Notes under the pieces: generated by a model
Told to the model about the DNA's origin: nothing
The model's input: only the letters and a program-made list of their open reading frames with translations
Database searches by the model: none
Position numbers and translations under genes: made by a program
Assembly (NCBI GenBank): GCA_038087875.1
Contig: CM075989.1
Coordinates: 930,001 to 994,000, forward strand
Length of the DNA: 64,000 nt
From: Malacoraja senta
Lineage: Eukaryota
Reading direction: 5' to 3'
Shown: in pieces, positions 26,371 to 37,800 of the stretch
Layout of the letters: each line of letters starts with the position of its first letter
How positions within the stretch are numbered: the first letter of the stretch is position 1

Positions 26371-26831
26371 AGTAGGGGTTTAATTCCACTTCGGGCCCAA
26401 CTGCCCAAGTGATTCTCTCCCTTGTCGGTGGGTCAAACGGCCACCACTCCACTCGAGCAGTTCCCAAGAGAGAATACACAAAAGGGGTTCCCCTGGGTTC
26501 TAGACCTCGGAAATATGGTGGGATATGACAAAGGGTTGACTTGACCAGAGTGTGCTGATGAGAGAAAACAGAAACCAAGACGGACTCAAAGCAAGTCTAA
26601 AATTTACAGGCTTTATTGAACAAATGAGAAATCGAATCTCACCAACTCTACATAATACGTGACTAAACTTATGCTTTAAACTAAGACTATGGAAAGAAAA
26701 TTATCGGGCATGTCGTAAAAACTTACTTTACACAATTTTAATTACAGATACACCCCCTTTCCTCTTCTTCTCTCAACGTCTATCCTATTTCGGGAATTTC
26801 ACCAGGTCGTCTGGGGTACTTACAGCTAGAT
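26371..26831 (-). mobile_element. 3' LTR of the loki-like provirus, R/U5 part
   Basis: Homologous to 47851-48329 of the solo LTR; AATAAA on the minus strand near 26612-26617. Confidence 0.85.
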
Positions 26832-27861
26832 CTTTATTTTTTAAATTTCAAAATAGACTTTATTCAACTAATAAATATATACAATACGTGAACCGTGCGA
26901 AAAATTTATCCGACATTTTCGGAGGCTATACAAATTGTTCAATGCAGTTAATACATATTTTTTTCCAATTCCACAAATCCGTCCCCCACCCATGCCACTC
27001 ATGTGGCCCCCTGGCATGGGACACCTTCCCTTATTTTGAGGGGCGTCTCCACCATACCGTGCCCCCCATGTCCAACAGCGGAAGGACCCTAGACTGTGGC
27101 CCTCCCCCACCGAGCCTTGGCGTTGGCTGCACCAAGCTTCAGTGCGTCCCTCAGCACGTACTCCTGCAGTCTGCAGCAGGCCAGTCGGCAACATTCCCTG
27201 ACAGACATCTTGCTCTGCTGGGTGGTGAACAACGCTCGTGCAGCCCAAAGAGCATCTTTCACCGAGTTGATGACCCTCCAGCAGCACTCGATGTCAGTCT
27301 CTGAATGTGTCCCTGGGAACAGTCCGTAAATCACAGTCCTCTGTGACGGAGCTGTTCGGGATAAAGCGTTCCAGGGACCCTTGCATACATCTCCATACTC
27401 TTTTTGCAAATCCACACTCTGCAAAGAGGTGGGCAACCGTCTCCTCTCCATAGCAGCCGTCCCGAGCGCAGCGTGCGCTGGCAGTGAGGTTCCGACGGTG
27501 CAGGAAGAATCTGACTGGGAGGGCTCCCCTCACCGCCTGCCAAGCCAGGTCTTGATGCTTGTTGGTGAGTTCTGGCGATGAGGCATTTTGCCAGACAAGC
27601 TGGACAGTCTGCTGTGGGAACCACGCCACCGGATCCATCGAGTCCTTTCCCTGCAGTGCCTGCAGGACATTCCGTGCTGACCACTGCCCAATGGACATGT
27701 GGTCAAAGGTGTTGGTCCGGAAGAACCTTTCCACAGACGACAGATGGGGCGGCAATGTCCAGCTGACTGGCACATTGCGTGGCATCTGCGCCAGGCTCAT
27801 CCTTCGCAACACCGAGGACAGGTAGAACCTCAGCAGGTAGTGACACTTGGTGCCCACGTAC

Positions 27862-28062
27862 CTTGGTTCTACAAATTGTGTTTCTTATTTTCTTTTTGTG
27901 CTTTTGAAATTGAATTCTGTCTTTGATTTGTGTACTGTGGTGTTTATATATTTAATTTATTCCGATAATGTGTTTTGTATTTTTGTTATTCTATGCCTTG
28001 TAAGGTGTCCTTGGGTTTTAGAAAGGCGCCAGTAAATAAAATGATTATTATTATTATTATTA
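27862..28062 (+). mobile_element. Short L2-type 3' end/SINE inserted in Tx1 ORF2
   Basis: taaggtgtccttggg..aaaggcgcc..aataaa followed by an (ATT)n tail; interrupts the Tx1 reading frame. Confidence 0.7.
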
Positions 28063-28490
28063 CACACCGCCTGATGCAGCCACACACAAAGGTGGCCATC
28101 AGGGTGAGGGCGACGTTGGGCACGCTTTTACCCCCGTTGTCTGCTGACTTGTACATTGTGGCCCGTCGCACCCGGTCTATCCTCGACCCACAGATGAACT
28201 GGAAGACGGCCCGGGTGTTCCCTGTGGCGTAGGAGGGAGGGACAGGCCACACTTGCGCCAAGTACAGCAGCCCCGAGAGCACCTCACACCTGATGACCAC
28301 ATTTTTTCCGGTTATGGAGAGGGAGCGTTGCCTCCACAGCTCCAGCTTCTTCCCCACCTTGACTATCCGCTCCAGCCAATTCTTGTTACACGCCTCAGCC
28401 CCCCCGAATCAGATCCCCAGCACCTTCAAGAAGTCAGGCTAGATGGTGAAGGGGACAGAAGTTCGGTCGGGCCAGTTGCCAAAGAGCATG

Positions 28491-28761
28491 TGTTAAAGAA
28501 GGATTTAATATTGGGTATGCCGGTAGATGGCCAGTCGGTACCGATAGTCCGGCTGAGGTCCGAACTGGGAAGTAGGGAACTGGAGCTGGAAGCCATGAGG
28601 TATGAGATGGAGGCGCAGGCATGCCCCGAGGAAGCAGATGTGGCTGTGGTATCCAGCTCCACATGTGTCTGAAGAAGGGTTTCGGCCCGAAACGTTACCT
28701 ATTTCCTTCGCTCCATAGATGCTGCTGCACCCGCTGAGTTTCTCCAGCATTTTTGTGTACC
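28491..28761. mobile_element. 271-bp Penelope-derived insertion (inverted ORF piece and hammerhead unit) in the Tx1 RT
   Basis: 14-bp TSD TGCCAAAGAGCATG (28477-28490 and 28762-28775); minus-strand peptide YHSHICFLGACLRLHLIPHGFQL; plus-strand CTGAAGAAGGGTTTCGGCCCGAAACGTTA at 28669-28697. Confidence 0.85.
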
Positions 28762-31195
28762 TGCCAAAGAGCATGGCTTTGCTCTTCCTGCGGTTCACCC
28801 TGGCTCCCGTGGCCGACTCAAACTGGTCGCAGACACTAATCAGTCTGCGGACCGACCCTGGATCCGAGCAGAAGACAGCGACATCGTCCATGTACAGGGA
28901 GGTTTTGACGAATGCCCCCACTGCCTGGAAATGTCACTCCTCTTATGCTCGCATCCTTCCTGATGGACTCGGCAAAAGGTTCAATACAGCAGACAAACAA
29001 GACAGGAGAGAGAGGGCACCCCTGCCTGACTCCAGACCATACAGGGAAACTGTCTGATTCCCACCCATTGATTTGGACTGCACTACGGATATTGGTGTAG
29101 AGCAGTTTGATCCAAGTTCGGATTCCGTCCCCAAAACCCATTTTGGAGAGCACGTCCCTCATGTACATGTGCGATATCCTGTCGAAGGCCTTCTCCTGGT
29201 CCAAGCTGACTAGTCAGGCATCCACCTGTCTGTCCTGCCCTTAGGCGATGGTGTATCTCAGCAGCGCTAGGCTGTCTGAGATTTTCCTGCCAGGTACAGC
29301 ACAGGTTTGGTCCGGGTGGATCACCTGTCCCAGAGCAGACTTGACCCGGTTGGCGATGGCCTTAGGCAGGATCTTATAATCTACATTCAACAGTGTTATG
29401 GGTCTCCAATCCTTTATGTCCTTCATCTCCCCCTTCTGCTTGTAGATTAGGGTGATGCTGCCCTTCCTCATCGAGTCTGCCATGCTGCTGGCTAGAAGCA
29501 TGTCGTTGTACACTTCCAGCAGGTCCGGGCCCACCCAGTCCCACAGAGCCGAATACAACTCGGCCGGTAAGCCACCGCTTCCGGGAGTTTTACTCGAGTC
29601 AAAGGAACGGATGGAGCCAGTCAGCTCCTCTAGGGTCAGTGGTTGGTCCAGACTCTCCCGCTTGCTTTCCTCCAAGACCTCCGTGATAGACGACAGGAAG
29701 TTCTGTGAGGCGGTGCTGTCTGTGGCCTTTTTGTCGTACAAATCCGTGTAAAAGGATTTGCAGATCCTCAGCATGTCCGTCTGCGAGGATGTTACCGAGC
29801 CGTCCTCCTCTAAGGCTGTTCATCACAGAGCTCCCCCTGTGAACCTTATGGAAGAAGTAACGTGAGCACGTCTCATCCTGCTCCACATGGCGGACCCTGG
29901 ATCGGATGATGATCTTGGAGGATTCAGAGGTAAAGAGCCGAGCTTGCCGGTCCTTCACCTCTCTAAGTTCCTCCCTCACATCCACCCCACTCGACTGCAG
30001 AAGGAGCAGTTGTTACAAATCTGTCTGGAGTTGGCACAATTCCCTCTGACTCTGTCTTGCTCTCTGAACCCCTTTAACTATGAAGAACCTCTTAATGTTC
30101 TCGTTGGTTGCTTCCCACCAGAGTGTCGGGGAGTCAAAGAGGGGCTTCACCGTTCTCCAACATGCAGAGTCCCTCTTTAGCTCCTCAACGTTCTCTGGGG
30201 TCAACAGCTTCATATTTAACTTCCACATCCCCCTGCCTGCCTTCCGGTCCTCCTGTAGGTGACAGGAAGCCTGAAGGAGGCAGTGGTCAGAGAAGAACAC
30301 GGGCGTGAGGTCGGTGTGTCTCACCGTGACGGCCTTCGTCATGAAGACAAAGTCTATCCGGGGTCGGGCTAAACCGTCCGATCTCGACCAGGTGAACTGC
30401 TGCTGGGACCCGCCTGCAGGGTTGCTGAAGGCGTCGTGCAGCTTTGCATCTTTTACCGTCTCCATGAGGAACTTGGACGTACTGTCCAGTCTGTTGTCGG
30501 CACTGCCGGATCGTCCAGCCGCATCAATGATGCAGTTGAAGTCACCGGCCAGAACGAGCTGCCGGGACGTGGCCAGCAGCGATGGGAGCTGCTGGAGAAC
30601 GGCCAGCCGCTCGCTCTGCATGGGTGAGGTATACACATTAATCAGCCAGAGCGGAGAACCACGGTACATAACATCCACCACGGGGAGACGCCCCCCAACC
30701 ACCTCCCTGACCTCAGTGATGGCGAAGTTCCCTCCCCGCAGCAAGATCCCCAGGCCGGAATCGCAACAGTCATTGCCCCCCGACCACACCGACAGTCCGT
30801 GGGGCCACCATCGCGACCACCTCCGATAGCAGCGGAGGTGAGGCAGCCTGCACTCCTGGAGAAAAGTCACATCTGCCTTGACCTTGGCCAGGTACTGCAA
30901 GGTATTAACACATCGCGCAGTGTTCTTTATACTGCGCACGTTTAAAGATGCCATTTTTAGCTCCATTGTCTTTAGAGTTACTGACCATATTTGTGTCCCC
31001 TTATGCCCACTGCTTCGGTGAATTGCCTCAGCTTTCCTGGGCTCAGGAACACGGTGCCGGCATCCTCGATGAGGTGGGTTTCCTGTGGCGTAACCCAAGG
31101 TGTCGTTGGGAGGGGGGCCTACTCGTTCCACCCCCTTCTGGGCGCGCTGCTTCCTCCGTCTCCTGTAGCTAGGGTACGGTGGCTGGTTCTCTGCA

Positions 31196-31370
31196 CCCGG
31201 TCGCCCGGAGCTGGGGCCCATTGGCCTCTGCGCTGCTCCCGGTCGCCCAGAGCTGGGGCCCATTGGCCGCTGCAATGCTCCCGGTCGCCCGGAGCTGGGG
31301 CCCATCGACCGCTGTGATGATCCCGGTCTCCAGGGGCTGGAGCCCCTCGGCCGCTGCTCTGCTCTCGGTC
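31196..31370. repeat. 42-bp (14-aa) coding tandem repeat in the Tx1 ORF1 tail
   Basis: cccggtcgcc/cccggtctcc at 31196, 31238, 31280 and 31322; encodes ANGPQLRATGS-like units. Confidence 0.9.
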
Positions 31371-32720
31371 TCCTGGGGCTGGGGGATGATCGGCGTGGCC
31401 TTCCTCTTTTCCTCCCCTGTTTTCTTCCTCTGCCTCCATCGTTGAGACTTCCCGGTCGCCTCATCCTCCGACGAGGAGAGGTTGCTGCCTTCTGTCAGGG
31501 AGAGAGATCTTTTTTGTAATTTATTTTTGGACTTACCAGCCCTTTCCGACCTCGGCTCCTTCGGCTGATCCCTCTGGTGCTCCTTGTACATCACCGTCGT
31601 CCATTTCTCCTGCTGTTCGCCCTCCTCCATCGACTCTCCCTCCTGGGCAGGGTGCTGGGGTTCTTCTTCAGGCACTTGGTGGCTCGAGGTGGTCGGGCTG
31701 TCCTCGTCCTTGTTCCCCCTTTCCGCTGCAGTCTTGGCAGTGGTGAGGGGTGTCTCACCCACCCTGGGGGTGCTGGCAGCAGCCGCTCTTGTCACCTGTG
31801 CATAGGTGCAGGCTCTTTTAGGGCAGGCCCTGTAAAGGTGGCCTGCCTCCCCGCACAGGTTGCAGTTCTTGCTGGCCTGACAGTCCTTTGTCTCATGGTC
31901 CTCCGTCTTGCAGTTCTTGCAGACAACTGCAGTGCATTGGGCCATCACATGCCCAGGCTTGTTGCATTTCCTGCACAGCCTGGGCTGCCCCACGTAGCTC
32001 ATGTATCCTCGGTTTCCTCCAATTGCGAAAACCGAGGGAGGGTGGAGGAGTGCTCCGTCCTTGTCCACCCTCAGCTTTACCTTGACTTGCCGCTTGCTCG
32101 TCCAGATCCCATGCAGGTCCTTCACGTCCACGCAGCTCCCTGTTCCCTCAATGTAACGGGCAAGGAAGGTGAGGACATCCACTACGGGCACATGTGGGTT
32201 AAACATGTGCACCGTGATCATCCTTTCCTTCTGGGTGGGGAGAGTGAAGAGCGGCTGCACTTTCAGCAGCGACAGCGGAGCTTCATTCCCCTTCTCCCGG
32301 AAGTCGTCCATCAACTTTTGCCAAACCCGTCGGATACTTGAAGGTAACGTCAAAGTATCCGTTACCCGGGAAGTCCTGGAGGCAGTAGATGTCCTTCGCC
32401 TCAAATTTTCAGGCCCCCAGCAAGATCTTCTTCACGAACAGGTCCCGTGAGAAGGGAACCCCCTTGCTGAGGTCTTTAACGCTGATAGGGTATTGCGGAT
32501 ACCCTGTACTCCCGCTCCAGTTGCTGCTGCCATTGTGGCTGAATGAGGTGTTAGGTTGGTTGCCCAACCAGCATAGATCCACCTCTAAGCCCGCAGCCGA
32601 CCGACTCCTCGTCACCGGTCTTTCGATGATTCCCAGTTTTCGATCTGGCATGAACAATAGGCTTCCGATGATAATGGGTTTGCTGAAGTCATGATGCCTC
32701 AGCCTGATCGTTATCCCATC

Positions 32721-33034
32721 ACCTGGATGGGCTCCCATTGTCCCAATGGATGGGTCATCCACGAGGGTGATTGTCTTGCTGCTGGGCTGTTTACCCCCGT
32801 CTGCTGAGGCTCGGTTCCTTTCTTCCTCGGTCCTCTCCGTCCCGGCCTTTCCTGTTCACACCATTCGCATAGTCATGTAATGCCCAGGCCCACAGACAGG
32901 TTTTAAACTGGTTCTTCCTTTGTGGATTGGGATTTTTTCCTTTGCAGCCAGCAAGTCTGTTTTAAAAATGTCCATGGTCCTCATCCCCGAGTTCTTCCAT
33001 AATCTTGGGGAGGATTTGTCCCCAATAACTTACA
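32721..33034 (-). mobile_element. 3' LTR of the loki-like provirus, U3 part
   Basis: Homologous to 48400-48718 and ends AACTTACA; the minus strand has a short purine run (AGGGG) just upstream. Confidence 0.85.
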
Positions 33035-33318
33035 TGCCCCTACGGTACGTCCAAGCTTGCACGGACCGTATCGATTGACAAAGTTAGTGGGCAACTCCTC
33101 CAGTCTCAAGAGTGGTAAACATCCCTGTCGAGATTGTGAAATTATGTACCCCGAAAGACCCCTTAATTGTTAAACTAGACCCTCGAAGCACATTAACTTA
33201 CACTATACACCTTTTACTTTAATCCATCCCACAATCCATACAGTACCATCACGACCGTTTCCTTAAAATGCAGGGTACACAACATATGTACGAAAACCAT
33301 TGCAAGAGTACAAACATT

Positions 33319-34606
33319 TTACAGTGCCGAGGTGTCGTTACAGCTGCATCGAGCGGCTCGATTTACCAGCTGTTGTAATTTGGCCATCCTCCTCCGCCTT
33401 TTAAATTTGCAATTAATAACATAGCAAATACACCACAATTATCATCTGGCAGATGATCAGAACATGGGACACGATGCGGACCCATACTGGAACTACGATC
33501 CAGGACTCCAGGTCCCACGAAGTTGGAGACTTGATTTCTTCGATCTCCCTGGCGATATCCAGTGTCTTTTGTTCCAGGGAGAAGAAGTGTTTGTGCGACA
33601 ACTCGACCGCCGGCAGCAACTCTTTTAATTTTTCCTTCACTGGGGGAATATCATACCCGAAATGGGCCACATAGTTAGATAAGTCCGTTACATTTTCTCG
33701 TACCGAGAAGGATGGGTAATATTCGCTGATGTGCCACATGGACTTCTGCCCTGGGTTTAAAACAGAAGCTGCTGTGTGGTATCGGGCACCACAGCTGTGA
33801 TCCATGCTGATACCGCTGGGCACTTGTGGTGACACAGTACTTCCCGCTGCGTATATACGCCACCTGTGGAGGGACATGGTCTGCCGCCATCGCCTCCATG
33901 GTACAGTTTATAGGCTGTGCCCCAACAGTCCTGAACCCACACTGAGGCCTAGCCTCGGGCCCATGTGCTGGGGACACAGGATTACCTGTGCTCCCCGGCT
34001 CCGACAACCCAAAAGGGCAATGCCTGTCACAGCTTGCTCCCTCATTATGACATAAGGCGGGACCTCCCCGTAGCGAATATGCACCCCCCCACGAACAACT
34101 CCCACGTTCTCCACTCGGTACAGAGGAGCTGGTCATGCCGAGATTCTTACGACCACTCCCATTATGGTGTGATTGGACTTTCCGCAATCCACCGGAACTG
34201 GGTAGGCCTCGGAGGCCACACAAAGCTGACAAGGACTCAAAGTGCTGTTATAAGGGTGTAGCGCTGCTAGGTGCTGGTTGCTTATCCAGGAGGGGACCCA
34301 ACCTTGCCTCAGGTCTTCCAGGTTGCTCCTCCCCTCCCCCAACGACCTCGCACCATACAGCCCACACACCTCATTCTGTGCAGCCTGATCAGATGCATTC
34401 CGGTCCTCTTTAATCAAAGCGTTTATCGTTTTTACATGTGTCTCCAATTGTGCTATGATTTATTTTAGATGTAGAGTCATTGCCACCTCTTCGTGCAGCC
34501 CCAATCCTACCACCGCATTTTTCTCCCCCAGGACCTCGTTGCCACCATCCATACAGCGGGGCTACCCATCAGGAAAACAAAGCAAAACACCTACTTGCCT
34601 CCACAT
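33319..34606 (-). pseudogene. env: env-like gene, F-type fusion glycoprotein remnant (frameshifts, internal deletion)
   Basis: Reconstructed across frames: signal-like MWRQVGVLLCF/MGSPAVWMVA; heptad IIAQLETHVKTINALIKE; NLEDLRQGWVPSWIS; Cys-rich CRSRGAQVILCP..PQCGF..INCTM..GKYCVTT..CPIPHSSFCFKP; heptad LEQKTLDIAREIEEIK; TM VWVRIVSHVLIICQMIIVVYLLC; basic tail CKFKRRRR; NxS/T sequons. Confidence 0.75.
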
Positions 34607-34890
34607 CGCTATCCGCCTCCCTGCACTCCATCACACCCATGGAAGAGTGGCCATCCAGCCGACGGTAGCGGCTACCATCCTAATAATGGCATTCGGGGTT
34701 TTGTCTTTGTCTGTTGTGGTCTACTTTTCCACAGCCAATCGCTTCGATGCAGCCGACGTTCCCATACTGTCCGTCCCTGTACTCCCCTGTATCTATACAA
34801 AACCCTATATCTTATTACTAAACGCTAACTACATCTACTCACACACAAACCAATGCTATATACAACGCCACCCGTCTCCGGGTGGCCAAC

Positions 34891-37800
34891 TCATAACTGG
34901 TCCCCATCACGCTGGGGCCACCCCTCTGGTGGGCCCACCCGTGCAGGCCAGAACTCCTCCTGTCGAGGGGCCTGACTGCCCCTCACCTCCCTTTGCTCTA
35001 CGGGGTTTCGAGATACCCCGACGTTCCCTGCGGAGACTGGGCTCCCTCCAGCCGCACTCCGTAGTGCCCTGTTTCGGCCACTCTCCTTCCCGGCCCTCCT
35101 GTGGCCGGCCCTGGCCCTAGGTTTAATCAGGGATGGAGACCACCTTACTGGGGGTTTAGTGACCCTGTTTCTCCTACGTCTGACCGGGGGTTCCCACACC
35201 AGAGGTGATACCTCCATCTCCTCTGCTTCTGCTAGTTCTGCCTCTCTTAGGCAGTCTATGGTACCTGCCTTCGGAGGGCTGGAATCAGCATCCTTCCCCG
35301 CTGCTTCCAGTCCTCGCCCTGGGACACAGCAAGCTACTTCAGGCTGACTACCTGTGGGCTCGCCTGGCTCTCCTACGGTTTCCACATCAACCCGGGTCTG
35401 TTCTTGATCCTGTTCCCTGACATGTACCCCTTTCTTGCTTTCCCCTGTGCTTGTGGGGTCGAACAATTTACACTGGTTGATGTGGAACCATTTGACTCTA
35501 CGGGGAAGCTGAATGGCATACACCATGGGACTGGCCTTGTCCACTATGTTGTATGGGCATGCATACAAGGGATCGAACACCCCTACCCTAGCATATCTCC
35601 TGACCATTACCTGGTACCCCACTGCCCACGCGCAATGCCTGCGAGGCACCAGCAGTAGCTTGTTTCTTTGGTGCTGGGCCCCCATGTTTCTGGCTACCTG
35701 CCAGTGAACCTGCCTAAGTTGTTCAAATATAACCATATAACCATATAACCATTACAGCACGGAAACAGGCCATCTCGGCCCTTCAAGTCCGCGCTGAACA
35801 ATTTTTTTTAATTTCCACCCCCCCCTTTTTTTTTTCCACTACTTCCTTCCCCCTAGTCCCATCTACCTGCAATCAGACCATACCCCTCCATTCCATTCCC
35901 GTCCATATACCCATCCAATCAATTCTTAAAGGATAAAATCGAACCTGCCTCCACCACTTCCACTGGAAGTTCATTCCACACAGCTACCACTCTCTGAGTA
36001 AAGAAGTTCCCCCTAATGTTACCCCTAAACCTCTGTCCCTTAATTCTTAAGTCATGTCCCCTTCTTTGAATCTTCCCTAATCTCGAAGGGAAAAGCTTAT
36101 CCACGTCCACTCTGTCTAACCCGCTCATAATTTTAAAGACTTCTATCAAGTCCCCTCTTAACCTTCTGCGCTCCAAAGAATAAAGACCTAACTTATTCAA
36201 CATTTCTCTGTAACTTAGTTGCTGAAACCCTGGCAACATTCTAGTAAATCTCCTCTGTACTCTCTCTATTTTGTTGACATCCTTCCTATAATTAGGCGAC
36301 CATAATAGTACTCCATACTCCAGAATTGGCCTCACCAATGCCTTGTACAATTTTAACATTACATCCCAACTTCTATATTCAATGCTCTGATTTATAAAGG
36401 CCAGCACACCAAAAGCTTTCTTTACCACCCTATCTACATGACATTCCACCTTCAGGGAACTATGCAAAGTTATTCCTTGATCCCTTTGTTCAACTGCATT
36501 CCTCAATTCGCTACCATTTACCATGTACGTCCTATTTTGATTTGTCCTGCCGAGATGTAGCACCTCACATTTATCAGCATTAAACTCCATCTGCCATCTT
36601 TCAGCCCACTCTTCCAAATGGCCTAAATCTCTCTGTAGACTTTTAAAATCTACTTCATTATCCACAACACCACCTATCTTAGTATCATCTGCATACTTAC
36701 TAATCCAATTTTCCACACCATCATCCAGATCATTGATGTACATGACAAACAACAGTGGACCCAACACAGACCCCTGAGGCACCCCACTAGTCACCGGCCT
36801 CCAACCTGACAAACACCCATCCACCATTACTCTCTGGCATCTCCCATTCAGCCACTGTTGAATCCATCTTGCTACTCCACCATTAATACCCAACAATTGA
36901 ATCTTCTTAACCAACCTTCCATGAGGAACCTTGTCAAAGGCCTTACTGAAATCCATATAGACAACATCCACTGCTTTACCCTCATCAATTTCCCTAGTAA
37001 CCTCTTCGAAATATTCAAGAAGATTAGTCAAACATGACCTTCCAGGCACAAATCCATGTTGACTGTTTCTAATCAGACCCTGCTTATCCAGATGCTTATA
37101 TATATTATCTCTAAGTATCCTTTCCATTAATTTGCACACCACTGACGTCAAACTAGCAGGTCTATAATTGCTAGGTTTACTCTTAGAACCCTTTTTAAAC
37201 AACGGAACAACATGCGCAGTACGCCAATCCTCCCGCACTATTCCCGTTTCTAATGACATTTGAAATATTTCTGTCATAGCCCCTGCTATTTCTACACTAA
37301 CTTCCCAAAGAGGCTAACTTAGCCTCTTGGCAAACTTGTCCCGGTTCACTTCCCTGAGCTGTCCCTCTTTTAAGGCTGGGACCATAACGTGCATGGGCGT
37401 TCTCATGACCCGGCCCGTCATAAGCTCATGGGGAGAGTACCCCATACTCCTGGACTGGCTGGCCCGAATCCCCATAAGGACCAGGGGTAAAACCTCCACC
37501 CTCCAGTTGGGTGAGCCCCCTGTTTCCTTCCTTATCCTTTCCTTTATTGTCCGGTTCAACTGCTCTGCCGGACCTGAGGACTGGGGGTGGTAGGCCAGAT
37601 GCCACTTGGCCTTGATGCCCAGTATTCTAAGGGTGGACTGCATGACCTGTCCCGTGAAATGGCTCCTCTGATCTGATTCCACGAACTGTGGGAGTCCCCA
37701 CCTGGTGAACACCTCCCTAACCAGGATTTTTGCCATACCCACAGCGGTGGCTGCTCTGCAAGGGAAGGCCTCTACCCATTTTGAGAACACATCCACAAGG

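Larger units (their letters stand above)
26832..32720 (-). mobile_element. Near full-length Tx1-type (L1 clade) LINE, decayed. ORF1 about 32533-31000; ORF2 about 30966-27089
   Basis: ORF1 has three CCHC knuckles (CRKCNKPGHVMAQC, CKNCKTEDHETKDC, CNLCGEAGHLYRAC). ORF2 has APE (LNVRSI, QEC, AGDFN, RIDF, SDH), RT (DQEKAFDRISH, GVRQGCPLSP, YMDD) and C-terminal CARDGC..ETVAHLFAEC. A-rich 3' end. Confidence 0.93.

Noticed and set aside
31577..32341. Long plus-strand ORF (254 aa) and similar antisense ORFs such as 34455-35120
   Set aside because: Shadow frames of GC-rich retroelement coding strands with no recognisable motifs.
31169..32533. Host ZCCHC3-like zinc-knuckle gene
   Set aside because: It is ORF1 of the Tx1 LINE, directly followed by APE-RT ORF2, and is frameshifted.
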